Sequence record: SRR9188677_181 | DNA: 64,000 bases | Direction: 5' to 3' (one strand) | Shown here: positions 36,340 to 46,345 of the stretch, in pieces | Layout: the number at the start of each line of letters is the position of its first letter | Numbering within the stretch: the stretch's first letter is position 1 | Translations under genes and position numbers: made by a program | The notes under the pieces: generated by a model | What the model saw: only the letters and a program-made list of their open reading frames with translations | The model's database searches: none | What the model was told of the DNA's origin: nothing

Positions 36340-39096
36340 CTAATTGACGCTAAACGAATAATTGCCAGAACTTACTTCTACAATCAATTTATTGCCTTCT
36401 GTTTTTACAAATTTGATTCCTTCAAGTCCTACAATTTTCTTTCCACCTTCTGTTACTTTATCTAAAGAATTTGTTGGCAAGTAAACTAAAGATTTAGTAT
36501 TGGCAGGAATACTGATATTCCATTGAAATTTGTTTCCGTCTTTTTTCCAATCTGATTTTATCGTTCCGTACATGGAATGATAAGATGCTTTTCCTGCATT
36601 TAAGCCATCAATCATTTCAGGCTTCATGATTATTTTCTTGAAAGCCACAGCATCTTTTGCAGATTTAATGCCTGCAATATTTTCATAATACCAAATAATC
36701 AAATCGCCCAAAAGCATCACGTGATTTCCAGAATTCATTTCTGGATTGGCTTTATCGCCATTCCAAAGCTCCCAAATGGTTGTTGCGCCATTTTCAGCCA
36801 TATAGCCCCAACTTGGATAATCACGATTTGAAGCAATTTTATAGGCAATATCTGCACGACCATTTTGGCTTAAACCACGCATTAACCATTGCGTACCAAT
36901 TACTCCAGTACTGATATGCCCTTTATTATCGACCAAAATTTTGTTGACAATATTATTCCAAACTTTAGTTTTTTCGTTGACAGGAATCATTTCATATACC
37001 AAAGGCAAAAGATTGGCGGTAACCGTTCCGTTACTGTATTGTCCTTTTTGAGTGTTCAAGAATTTTTGATTAAAAGCCTTTTTAATATCCTCAGCAACTT
37101 TTGAATATACTTTTACATCTTCAGGCTTGTTCAATAAATGGGCAAATTTTTGCATTAATTCTAAAAGCCTGACATAAGTTGCAGAAGCCAACAAAATGCC
37201 ATCCGTTTGTAAAGCTGGGTCTTTTGCATGAATCAATTCTAAAGATTCTGGCGGAACGCACCAATCGCCATACTTATCTTTGGTAATCAAGCCATTGACC
37301 AAGTATTTTTCTTGCATATAATCTATCCATTTTTTCATGGAAGGATAATGCTTTTTTATCGTTTCTTTATCGCCAAATTGATGATACAACATATCAGCAA
37401 TGGTGATATAAGTACCTGGCCAAGTAACATTATCGCCATAATATCTCCAAAAAGCTGGCGCAACATCAGGAATACTTCCGTCAGGTTTTTGCGCTTGTTC
37501 AATATCATTCAACCATTTTGAGTAAAGACGCACATTGTCGAAAATAAAGCTTTCGCCATAAGCTCCTGTAGTTCTATCACCCAACCACGGCTGACGCTCA
37601 TTTCTTTGTGGACAATCAACAGGCATTCCTTTATAATTACTTCTGATGCCCCAATAAGCATTTTTATAGATTTGATTAATGGTTTTATCAGACGTTTCAA
37701 ATTCACCAATCGTTGCCATATCATCATAAACGACTCTCCCATCAAAATCCTCAATCGTTGGAACAGTCGGAAACCCTGTAATTTCTACATATCTAAAACC
37801 GTGATATACAAATGAAGGCTCCCAAATTTCTTGTCCTTCGCCTTTCAAAGTATAAACATCTGTTACTTTAGCATCTCTTAAATTTCTAACGAACAATTCC
37901 CCAGTACTTTGTAAAGTTTCGGCGAAACGTAAAGTAACTTTATCGCCTTTTTTCCCTTTTACTTTCAACCTCAACCAGCCCGCCATATTTTGCCCCATAT
38001 CCAAAATATAAGTATTGGCTTTCAAGTTTTTAATCGACACAGGTTTGATGGTTTCCATTACTTTCATGTTTTCCGTCATCTGTGCTTCAAACATTCCTCC
38101 AGCTTCTTGCACCAATTGAGCTTTTAGCCAATTGCTATCAGAAAAACCAACTTTATTCCAGTTAGGCATTTCTTTGGTCGCATCGTACTCTTCACCATCA
38201 TATTCATTGTTAGTTCTGATAGGTCCATCGGCAGTTACTTTCCAACTTTCATCGGTAGAAATCGTTTCTTTTGTGCCATCTGTGTATTCAACATCCAAAT
38301 TCAACAACATTTTCGGATAACCAAAAGTCTTGATTTTGTATGGTTTATAATCTTGACGCATCGTGTAAAAACGTCCATTTCCCAATACTGTTCCGATGGC
38401 ATTATTACCCGTTTGCAACAATTTTGTCACATCGAAAGTATTGTACTTTACTCCTTTTGCATAATCTGTTGGCACAGGTGCTAATACTTGGTCGCCTACT
38501 TTTTGACCATTCAAATACAATTCGTACATGCCCAAGCCCACGATATAAACCGTTGCTTGTTTAATTGTCTTTTTCGCTTGAAATTCTTTTCTGAAATACC
38601 TTGCCGAAAGTCTTGAAAATTGTGTTTCATTATCCCATTCAAAAGAGCGGTCTAGTCCAATCCATCTGCCTTTCCAATCTACATAATTCAGTAAACCGAT
38701 ACTCCAAAAAGCATTTTCAGACCAAGTAGATTCCCCTCTATTCGTCCAGATTTTTACTTTCCAAAAAGCTCTTTTTTTACTTTTTAGAGTCGTTCCAGCG
38801 TATTTTACATGGATAGATTCTTCAGAATTTACTTTTCCAGAATTCCATAAATCTGCTTCATTATTGGCTAATTTTTCTGGACTTGAAGCCACCAATATTT
38901 GATAGGCAATTTGTTGAACATTTCTTTGTGGACTAATAATTTCCCAACTTAAACGTGGTTTTACTACATCAATTCCTTCTGGATTCACGAGCATTTCGCA
39001 ACGTAAATTTTGTAATTGAATATCTTCCTCTTGCTTGCTAAATGAAGCAAAAAGTATGGTAGCAACAAAAAGGAAGATGTGTTTTGTAATTTTCAT
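36340..39096 (-). CDS. GH78 alpha-L-rhamnosidase
   Basis: LRCEMLVNPEGID, DMGQNMAGW, FVYHGFRYVE, PVDCPQRNERQPWLGD, GATTIWELW and MNSGNHVM; start probably 39096 (track 39144). Confidence 0.92.
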   Translation of the reverse strand: MKITKHIFLFVATILFASFSKQEEDIQLQNLRCEMLVNPEGIDVVKPRLSWEIISPQRNVQQIAYQILVASSPEKLANNEADLWNSGKVNSEESIHVKYAGTTLKSKKRAFWKVKIWTNRGESTWSENAFWSIGLLNYVDWKGRWIGLDRSFEWDNETQFSRLSARYFRKEFQAKKTIKQATVYIVGLGMYELYLNGQKVGDQVLAPVPTDYAKGVKYNTFDVTKLLQTGNNAIGTVLGNGRFYTMRQDYKPYKIKTFGYPKMLLNLDVEYTDGTKETISTDESWKVTADGPIRTNNEYDGEEYDATKEMPNWNKVGFSDSNWLKAQLVQEAGGMFEAQMTENMKVMETIKPVSIKNLKANTYILDMGQNMAGWLRLKVKGKKGDKVTLRFAETLQSTGELFVRNLRDAKVTDVYTLKGEGQEIWEPSFVYHGFRYVEITGFPTVPTIEDFDGRVVYDDMATIGEFETSDKTINQIYKNAYWGIRSNYKGMPVDCPQRNERQPWLGDRTTGAYGESFIFDNVRLYSKWLNDIEQAQKPDGSIPDVAPAFWRYYGDNVTWPGTYITIADMLYHQFGDKETIKKHYPSMKKWIDYMQEKYLVNGLITKDKYGDWCVPPESLELIHAKDPALQTDGILLASATYVRLLELMQKFAHLLNKPEDVKVYSKVAEDIKKAFNQKFLNTQKGQYSNGTVTANLLPLVYEMIPVNEKTKVWNNIVNKILVDNKGHISTGVIGTQWLMRGLSQNGRADIAYKIASNRDYPSWGYMAENGATTIWELWNGDKANPEMNSGNHVMLLGDLIIWYYENIAGIKSAKDAVAFKKIIMKPEMIDGLNAGKASYHSMYGTIKSDWKKDGNKFQWNISIPANTKSLVYLPTNSLDKVTEGGKKIVGLEGIKFVKTEGNKLIVEVSSGNYSFSVN

Positions 39097-39337
39097 TCTT
39101 TTATAATCAATTGATATAAATCTTGTGATTCTATTGGTAAACATAGAGCGATTTATAATTTTTTATCTATTTGTAAAAGCTTATAACCTGACTTTTTGAT
39201 AATTTCTCAAACAAAAAGTCATACTTTTTGTAGAATTTTTAATCAGATTTGCACATTTAAGTGACCTATTATAAAACACTAAAAATTATTATTCGTGTTA
39301 AATATTTGAACATCAGTTATTTTAAATTAAAAACCCC

Positions 39338-39365
39338 ATTCACAACTCATCATTCACAATTCATA
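39338..39365. repeat. Four degenerate heptamer tandem repeats
   Basis: ATTCACA ACTCATC ATTCACA ATTCATA immediately downstream of the GH2 stop. Confidence 0.55.
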
Positions 39366-39370
39366 ACTTT

Positions 39371-42145
39371 CTATTTATTTCCAACAAAATCAAAATACAA
39401 AACCAACTCTTTCGCTCTGGCTGGTTCTTTTTCGTAATCGTAATAAATATTCTTCATACCCATCGGTCCAGAATTTTCGGTTTTATTGGTTTTCGAACCG
39501 ATTCCTGCAATACCCTGTAGAAATGAAATATCTCCATTCGGGAAATTAATTTGATAATTTTTGTAAGGGTCTTGTTTAAAGGCTGGCGTAAACAAACGGA
39601 AGAAAATATCTTCATTTTCGGTAACAACCGTAAAAGCTTGTTCTTTCCCAATAAATTTACACCAATACATATTTGAATGATAACCCTTAAATTCTGGATA
39701 GAGAAAAGGTATTTCTCCTGTTTCCGTAGTGTTATACTCTTTTTGCCAAATCCCAAATTGGTTTCCCTTCATTCTATTTTTCCAAACTCTGAAAGGTCCA
39801 TTTCCCATGTATTCAACACCTTTTATTTGGTTTTCAGGAAATGAAAAATTTACTCCAAAAAAAGTGGTAAAGTAATCTCCAGGGAAATAATTTACCTTCA
39901 TTTTTACCCAACCAGATGGATAAATTGTCCATTCCAAAGTATTGTAACTATTTTTTCTATCGAAAGTAGAAGTAATAATTACATTTCCGTTTTCAATACG
40001 TTGCGAGAAATTTTTGAAATTAGTCGCTCCTTCTTGTACAATTGGACCATTATTGAAAGGAATTACTCCTTTTTCGTTCTGTACTTTCTGTAAAAGTCCT
40101 GTGAATTTATTGATTGAAATCTGCAAGTTCTTTACAGAAATGGTATAGAGTGAATCTACCCTTGTAATCTTCACTTCATCATTTCCACTTTTCTTGACAA
40201 TACTTTCTGCAATTTTATTTGGCAAAGAAATCTTAAAACTCCAAGTAAAAATTTCTTGTTTGTTCGCATCTTTGGCAGTTACATACAACACATCATGAGC
40301 TTGCCAATCTGTTGGAAGTGACAATTTGATAATGCCTTTTTCATTCGGCTTAATATTAGGAGAAACAACAGAACCCGATTTTTCTAAAAGGTTTTTGTTC
40401 CCAAATTGTTTCAATTTCCACGAAAAAGTACATTCGTTAATATTGGTAAACGAATAACGATTTTCAATATTTAAGACTCCATCAAAATCTGAAGTAATTT
40501 CTTTGGCTTCAAATTTTATCGGACTCCAAACTTCTTTAATGGTAAAATAACTTCCCTCCTTTTCACGATATGGCCCTACGATTCCATCTGCGGCATGATT
40601 TCCGTCTGTATCTAAAACTCCATTTTTATCCGTTCTTACGATTCCTTGATCAACAAAATCCCAAAGAAAACCGCCAGCAGACAAAGGACTCACCCACATT
40701 TTTTCCCAGTAATCTTCTAAACCTGCACCGTGACCACCATCGTACATTCCATGTAAAAACTCCGTTGGCATTACGATATTATGTCCGTTGTCATAATTTC
40801 CAATTCCATAATTATATTCACGATAATGTTGGGTATCGAAACCTGCAAATGCTTCCCAAGCGTGAATTACAGGACGTTTTTGAATATCTTCTTGCGGAAA
40901 AATTGGGTCTAATTCATAATTATGACCGCCTTCATTGCCATTAATCCAGAAAATTACCGAAGGATGATTTTCATCATGCACCATTAATTCTTTCAATAAT
41001 TTTGTACCCGTTGGCGTATCATAATTACCATGCCAGCCTGCCAATTCATCCATCACATACAAACCTAAAGAATCACAAACCTCCAAAAAGTGGTCATCAG
41101 GCGGATAATGCGACATTCTCACGGCATTCATGTTCATGTCTTTCATCAATTTTACATCCAAAAGACTAATTTCTTTACTGGTTGTTCTACCAGAAGTTGG
41201 CCAAAAAGAATGGCGATTTACGCCTTTGAATTTTATCTTTTTGCCATTTACATAAACGCCATCTCTTTGTTTGACCAATACCGAACGAAATCCAAATTTC
41301 TTTTCAACCGAATGAATTACTTTATTATTTTCCGTCAAATTAACGATTACTTTATAACGATTTGGTTTTTCGGACGACCATAATAATGGCGAGTTTACTT
41401 GTGTTTTTAATCCTACAATTTCATCCGTCTTACTTACTTTTTGATGTATTGGCGTACCAACTTTCTTTCCATCAAGCGTATAAATTTGGGCTGAAATTAA
41501 CTGAGAAACTTTAGCATTTTTTAAATAAACATTGGCTTTAAAAATTCCTTTGTCGTCGGCATCTAAAGCGACTCTTTCAATGTGTTGCGTCGGCAAAGCT
41601 TCTAAGTAAACAGGACGAAAAATACCTCCAAATATCCAAAAATCGCCTTTTCGCTCTGCTTCATTTACTGAAGCATTGGCTGAATGTTTGGCAACTGTTA
41701 CTTCAAGCAAATTATTTTCACCAACATTTACCAATGAAGTAATGTCATAACGAAAAGCATAATAAGCACCTTCATGCGTAGCTCCAGCCGATTTTCCGTT
41801 GATTTTTACTTCGGTATCAGTCATTACGCCTTCAAAAACAATATTGATAGTTTTGCCTTTCCAAGCATTTGGTACTTTGAAAGTATGTTTATACAAACCT
41901 TTTTCTTTTCCTCTTGAACTATCTTTCGAAAAACCATAATTGTACTTTCCAAAACCTTGTAATTCCCAGTTCGAAGGCACAGGAATACTTGTCCATTTTC
42001 CTGAATTATTACCCGCAGTACAGAAAAAATCCCAGTTAACGGTTTTGTCATTTCCTGTTCCAGACAAATACAGTTTTTGAGTCTCTTGGGCTTTTACAAG
42101 GCAAGAAATCAGGCAAAGAAATATGATTAAAAAATTACGCTTCAT
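39371..42145 (-). CDS. GH2 glycosidase (beta-galactosidase/beta-galacturonidase-like)
   Basis: VPSNWELQGFG, GGIFRPVYL, KGVNRH, MNMNAVRMSHYP, NHPSVIFWINGNE, TEFLH and GGFLWDF.D. Confidence 0.9.
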   Translation of the reverse strand: MKRNFLIIFLCLISCLVKAQETQKLYLSGTGNDKTVNWDFFCTAGNNSGKWTSIPVPSNWELQGFGKYNYGFSKDSSRGKEKGLYKHTFKVPNAWKGKTINIVFEGVMTDTEVKINGKSAGATHEGAYYAFRYDITSLVNVGENNLLEVTVAKHSANASVNEAERKGDFWIFGGIFRPVYLEALPTQHIERVALDADDKGIFKANVYLKNAKVSQLISAQIYTLDGKKVGTPIHQKVSKTDEIVGLKTQVNSPLLWSSEKPNRYKVIVNLTENNKVIHSVEKKFGFRSVLVKQRDGVYVNGKKIKFKGVNRHSFWPTSGRTTSKEISLLDVKLMKDMNMNAVRMSHYPPDDHFLEVCDSLGLYVMDELAGWHGNYDTPTGTKLLKELMVHDENHPSVIFWINGNEGGHNYELDPIFPQEDIQKRPVIHAWEAFAGFDTQHYREYNYGIGNYDNGHNIVMPTEFLHGMYDGGHGAGLEDYWEKMWVSPLSAGGFLWDFVDQGIVRTDKNGVLDTDGNHAADGIVGPYREKEGSYFTIKEVWSPIKFEAKEITSDFDGVLNIENRYSFTNINECTFSWKLKQFGNKNLLEKSGSVVSPNIKPNEKGIIKLSLPTDWQAHDVLYVTAKDANKQEIFTWSFKISLPNKIAESIVKKSGNDEVKITRVDSLYTISVKNLQISINKFTGLLQKVQNEKGVIPFNNGPIVQEGATNFKNFSQRIENGNVIITSTFDRKNSYNTLEWTIYPSGWVKMKVNYFPGDYFTTFFGVNFSFPENQIKGVEYMGNGPFRVWKNRMKGNQFGIWQKEYNTTETGEIPFLYPEFKGYHSNMYWCKFIGKEQAFTVVTENEDIFFRLFTPAFKQDPYKNYQINFPNGDISFLQGIAGIGSKTNKTENSGPMGMKNIYYDYEKEPARAKELVLYFDFVGNK

Positions 42146-43560
42146 TATAAATTTGTTCTAAAAGGTCGGGCTGGTAAGCCTTCTTGATTAAATAAGTTAG
42201 GTTGTGCGGCTTCGTCCCAAGCAAAACGAAGTTTGACTGGTTTGGAAATTTGTGGCGACGACAGTATGACTTTGTTATCTTTCAAAGTCGCTTCGGCATT
42301 TACAAAATTTCCATCTTCGCCAGCAATCTGAAAATCACTCAATTTTTTTCCGTCTTTGCTGATTAGTCCTGTTCCGATTTCATCAAAAGTTATCTGGATT
42401 TCATTACCTTTTACTTTCGCTTTTTTAAAGATTGGACCAGAAGCAACAATATTTTTCATGTTGTAATCCTGATTCAAAGCGACAAGTGCCAAGCGTCTTC
42501 CAATTTCCCATTTATAAGCAGGATGAATATCTCTAATACTATCGACCAAATCCGTCGTGATTATCATTCCTGTATTCGGAAGTTTCAACACATTTGTTTG
42601 CGCTTCTCTAAATTCGGGCAAAGTTTCCTTCGTCAATACCAATTTTCCTTTTGCATCCGAATAATTATGCGGTGCAATTTGCACAAAATTGAAAGCCAAT
42701 TTTTTATCGCCCCAAGCTTTTCTCCAGCTGTTAATTAAGGTTGTTAATTTCTGTGTGTATTCAGTGGTTTCTTTCAAAAAGCAATTCGTTTCGCCTTGAT
42801 ACCACAAAAAACCTTTTAGTGCAAAAGGTACAAGTGGCTTAATCATTGGCGTATAAAATTTGGCTGGTTCACCTTCTACTTTTTGATCTTTGAAGTAAGC
42901 CGATTCAGCAAAGGCTTCTTCCGAAATCCACGGTTCAATTCTACTTCCCGGAATGGCTGAAGAAATCATACCGATTGGAACATTTAGATTTTTGTATAAT
43001 TCTTTCGCAAAAAAATAGGCAGCCGCTGAAAACGAACGCAAAGCAGAATCTTTGGCAATACTCCAACCACGATGCAATGAATCTGGCTTGATTAATTCTT
43101 TCCGATTCACTAAAAAAATACGGATTTGTGGGTTTTTAGCGAATTCCAATTCATCGACAGGATTTTCAGTGGCTATATTCGGTCTTTTTACTTTGCTATT
43201 TTTGCGCATGGTATATTCCATGTTCGACTGCCCCGAACACAGCCATACTTCACCCACTAAAATATGTTCAAGTTTGATAACATTCTTTCCAGAAATAGTC
43301 ATTTCGGCTTCTGTAGAAGACGCTTTCAAAGGTTTTAAGACAATCGCCCATTTTCCATTTTCATCGGCAAAAGCAGTTTTTTCCTGTCCTGCAAATTGTA
43401 CACTTACTCTTTCGCCTACAGAAGCTTTTCCCCAAATGGTAATTGGTTTATTTTGTTGCAAAACCATGTTATGCCCCAGAATTCTAGGCAACACAATTTG
43501 CGCTTGAACATTCAGCGAAAGCAAACAAAAAAGGAAAAATATGATACTCTTTTTGAACAT
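42145..43560 (-). CDS. Sialate O-acetylesterase (SASA/SGNH) family carbohydrate acetylesterase
   Basis: VGEVWLCSGQSNM, FSAAAYFF, GFLWYQGETN, DIHP and NQEGLPARPFRT. Confidence 0.9.
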   Translation of the reverse strand: MFKKSIIFFLFCLLSLNVQAQIVLPRILGHNMVLQQNKPITIWGKASVGERVSVQFAGQEKTAFADENGKWAIVLKPLKASSTEAEMTISGKNVIKLEHILVGEVWLCSGQSNMEYTMRKNSKVKRPNIATENPVDELEFAKNPQIRIFLVNRKELIKPDSLHRGWSIAKDSALRSFSAAAYFFAKELYKNLNVPIGMISSAIPGSRIEPWISEEAFAESAYFKDQKVEGEPAKFYTPMIKPLVPFALKGFLWYQGETNCFLKETTEYTQKLTTLINSWRKAWGDKKLAFNFVQIAPHNYSDAKGKLVLTKETLPEFREAQTNVLKLPNTGMIITTDLVDSIRDIHPAYKWEIGRRLALVALNQDYNMKNIVASGPIFKKAKVKGNEIQITFDEIGTGLISKDGKKLSDFQIAGEDGNFVNAEATLKDNKVILSSPQISKPVKLRFAWDEAAQPNLFNQEGLPARPFRTNL

Positions 43561-43561
43561 C

Positions 43562-45406
43562 TTAATAAGGACTCGTTTTAAATGATTTGATGATATAAAC
43601 CGCTTCTTTGTCTAATTCTCCAGCATTTTTCAAATCAAAGTTTTGGTCGGTTGGCGTATCGGCATCAGGGAAACGGCGAATTTCTCCCGTTCTGAAAGTT
43701 ACTCTTTTGAAAGAAGCAACAGGTGCAAAAAAGAGTTTTGTACCTTTGCTTTGTCCGTTGACAAAAATATTAAACATGCGTTTGTGGCGGTCTAATTCAA
43801 TGCGAACATTGTACTCTTTTCCAGCTTCGTACTTCATAATGCCAGAATTTCTGTAGCCTACTTTTGCTTTAAAAGCAGAGTCTGCATCAAAAATTAATCT
43901 TACCGCCGTTGTTCCTTTTCCATCCTGAAAATCAATGTGCAATAAACCTTTGTCAGATTGTTGTGGAATAATGGTAAATTCAACCGCTACTTTTTTTGAT
44001 TCGGGAATTACTCTTTCTGCTTTGGCGAAATCAAATTTATCTTTATCTCTCAGAACCAAGGCTTTAGTTCCATCAGCGATTTTTTCAATTGCCACAGGAG
44101 CATAAATTGGGCTGAAAATATTCCAATACTTTAATTCTTCGCCATTTTTCATTTGTGCAAAAACTTCATTCGGATGGCTTTTTACTTCATCGCTTACTGG
44201 TACAGGTACTTTACTTACCCAAAGGTCTTCTTTGTTCATGCTATAAGTAAGCCACATATTTCCATCAGGCACAACGCCATTTCCTTCAATAATTCCACGG
44301 ACATATTGTGGACCGTAAGACTTAAAATTTCCGCCATAACGCATGGTAGAAATTTCTCCATTTACCAATAATAAGTTGGTGTAATTCAAACCATCTTTGC
44401 TGGTTGAAATTGCTAATGGCCAACGAAATTCTGAAGGATTATAAACCGTTGCATACTTCCCATCCGAAGTTTTTTGTCCCCAAATTTTAGCATTACTATT
44501 CACAAAACCCGGCGCTCTTAAAGGATTATATTGCCAAGTTTTTCCTTCGTCATTACTGATAGAAGTCAGAGCGTGTTTCCATAAACCAACCACTCTGTTA
44601 TCTGGCAAATGATAATAACTAAAAGCTTTTGCTTCTCTTTTTAGTGGAATCAAAGGGTCGTTTCGGTCGGCTTCTTCTACCCATTGTTGCATCATCAAAG
44701 GCATTGCCAACAATTCGTCGCAAGCTTCAATAAAGCCTTTGTCTTTACTTGTGGTGTAAAAAGGATACGCAGATTTACTTTTATCCCAAGAAGAATTATT
44801 TCTGATAAAATAAATTTCGCCATATTTTCCATCGGCATAAATTTCTCTTACTACTCTTCCTATTCCCTTTCCATCATTTGGGTCGTCTTTGGCATCCATC
44901 GCAATGCCATAATATGCTAAAGTCAACAAGCGTTTTTTCTTTGATACAAAAAAGCCCATGCGCTGGTGCATTACCGCATATAAATCTTTGGCAATTCCTT
45001 GATAACCTTCTTTTTTCCAGCCGTCAGGAATTTTGTATGGCGGAAAAATAACGGTTGGATTCGACCAATGATAACCATCTTTTGAAGTCAACAAAAGTGT
45101 TTGTCCGGGAGGAATATGCTCGCCAACAGGGTCGCTGAGGTATTGCAAGTAAAAAGTATTATTCCAATAAGCCAACATTGGCGCATGATTGTATGTCCAA
45201 TTACTCCCTCCAGCTAATGCAGGATTTTCTCTATTTGCATGAAAAACCTGAATATTATGCACTCCCACCGCAGGACTCAATTGTCCATGATGATAATCAA
45301 CATTTGAAAGTGTTTCGCCAGTATAACGCACCGTATCTTGAGCATTTGCCGTGGCAAAACTCAAGATAAGCGACAAAGAAGAAAGTATATATTTTAAATG
45401 ATTCAT
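43562..45406 (-). CDS. GH143-like DHA (3-deoxy-D-lyxo-heptulosaric acid) hydrolase
   Basis: YHHGQLSPAVGVHNIQ, WTYNHAPMLAYW, DDPNDGKGIGRVVRE, NSNAKIWGQ and YNPSEFRWPLAIS match my recollection of the N-terminal module of BT1020. Confidence 0.8.
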   Translation of the reverse strand: MNHLKYILSSLSLILSFATANAQDTVRYTGETLSNVDYHHGQLSPAVGVHNIQVFHANRENPALAGGSNWTYNHAPMLAYWNNTFYLQYLSDPVGEHIPPGQTLLLTSKDGYHWSNPTVIFPPYKIPDGWKKEGYQGIAKDLYAVMHQRMGFFVSKKKRLLTLAYYGIAMDAKDDPNDGKGIGRVVREIYADGKYGEIYFIRNNSSWDKSKSAYPFYTTSKDKGFIEACDELLAMPLMMQQWVEEADRNDPLIPLKREAKAFSYYHLPDNRVVGLWKHALTSISNDEGKTWQYNPLRAPGFVNSNAKIWGQKTSDGKYATVYNPSEFRWPLAISTSKDGLNYTNLLLVNGEISTMRYGGNFKSYGPQYVRGIIEGNGVVPDGNMWLTYSMNKEDLWVSKVPVPVSDEVKSHPNEVFAQMKNGEELKYWNIFSPIYAPVAIEKIADGTKALVLRDKDKFDFAKAERVIPESKKVAVEFTIIPQQSDKGLLHIDFQDGKGTTAVRLIFDADSAFKAKVGYRNSGIMKYEAGKEYNVRIELDRHKRMFNIFVNGQSKGTKLFFAPVASFKRVTFRTGEIRRFPDADTPTDQNFDLKNAGELDKEAVYIIKSFKTSPY

Positions 45407-45412
45407 GCTTAA

Positions 45413-46333
45413 TTATTTCTTTGATTGAATCTCTTGCTGAATAGCTTTTAAGATTCGTTTTTTTACTTTAAAAATTGTTCCGTGTTTATGTCCTTCTGGA
45501 ACTGATGTTAGTTCTGACACTTCTGTAAAAGTCTTAAAATCAGTCGTTTTCATCGAACCATAAGTTTTATCTTGATATGAATCATAATAAACCAACCAAT
45601 CTTTTCCTACTTTTTCAACACTTGGACCTTCTGTAAAATTTTTCGTAAATGGTGCTGAAACGTTTGTAAAAGGACCAATCGCACTTTCGCCAAAAGCTAC
45701 TTTGATATTTCTATTCGGGCGAGTATTATCTTTTAAAACCAAGACATAATCTTTTGCTTTTCGTTTCACAATCACTGCATCAATTACACTGAAATTGGGG
45801 TCAATTAACAGTTTCGTAGGCGAAAAACTTTTAAAATCTGTAGTCGTTGTATAATACATTCGATGGTTATTGTCTTCGGCTTCTAAGGCTTTTGGAAAAC
45901 GCAAAGGAATGCAAGAAGCCCAAATAATGACAAATTGTTTTGTTTCATCATCATAAAATAATTCTGGCGCCCAAACATTCACCGTAGTGGGTTCATGTTC
46001 CATTACGGGAATCATTTTTTGTTCAGACCAATGAATCAAATCTTTTGAACTCGCATAACCAAAACCTTTATCGCCTTTCCAGCTACTTGTCCAAACCAAA
46101 TGAAAAGTGCCATCAGGTCCTTGTACAATCGAAGGGTCTCGCATTACTTTTTGATTACCGACATTGGGTTTCAAAAAAACATGATTTAAGTCTTTCCATT
46201 GATAGCCATTTTCACTGTATAAAAATCTTAGTCCGTCTGTTGCTGGTTCGTGAAATGAACTAAACATGTAAACTTCTTTCGAGCAAGCACTCAATAAAAG
46301 TGTAATTAATAATATTCTGAATAAACGTTTCAT
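45413..46333 (-). CDS. GH43 (GH43_18-like) alpha-L-arabinofuranosidase lipoprotein
   Basis: Lipobox LLSAC; MRDPSI, VWAPE, SVIDA, TEGP and HKHGT. Confidence 0.85.
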   Translation of the reverse strand: MKRLFRILLITLLLSACSKEVYMFSSFHEPATDGLRFLYSENGYQWKDLNHVFLKPNVGNQKVMRDPSIVQGPDGTFHLVWTSSWKGDKGFGYASSKDLIHWSEQKMIPVMEHEPTTVNVWAPELFYDDETKQFVIIWASCIPLRFPKALEAEDNNHRMYYTTTTDFKSFSPTKLLIDPNFSVIDAVIVKRKAKDYVLVLKDNTRPNRNIKVAFGESAIGPFTNVSAPFTKNFTEGPSVEKVGKDWLVYYDSYQDKTYGSMKTTDFKTFTEVSELTSVPEGHKHGTIFKVKKRILKAIQQEIQSKK

Positions 46334-46345
46334 TTGATTTTCAGG

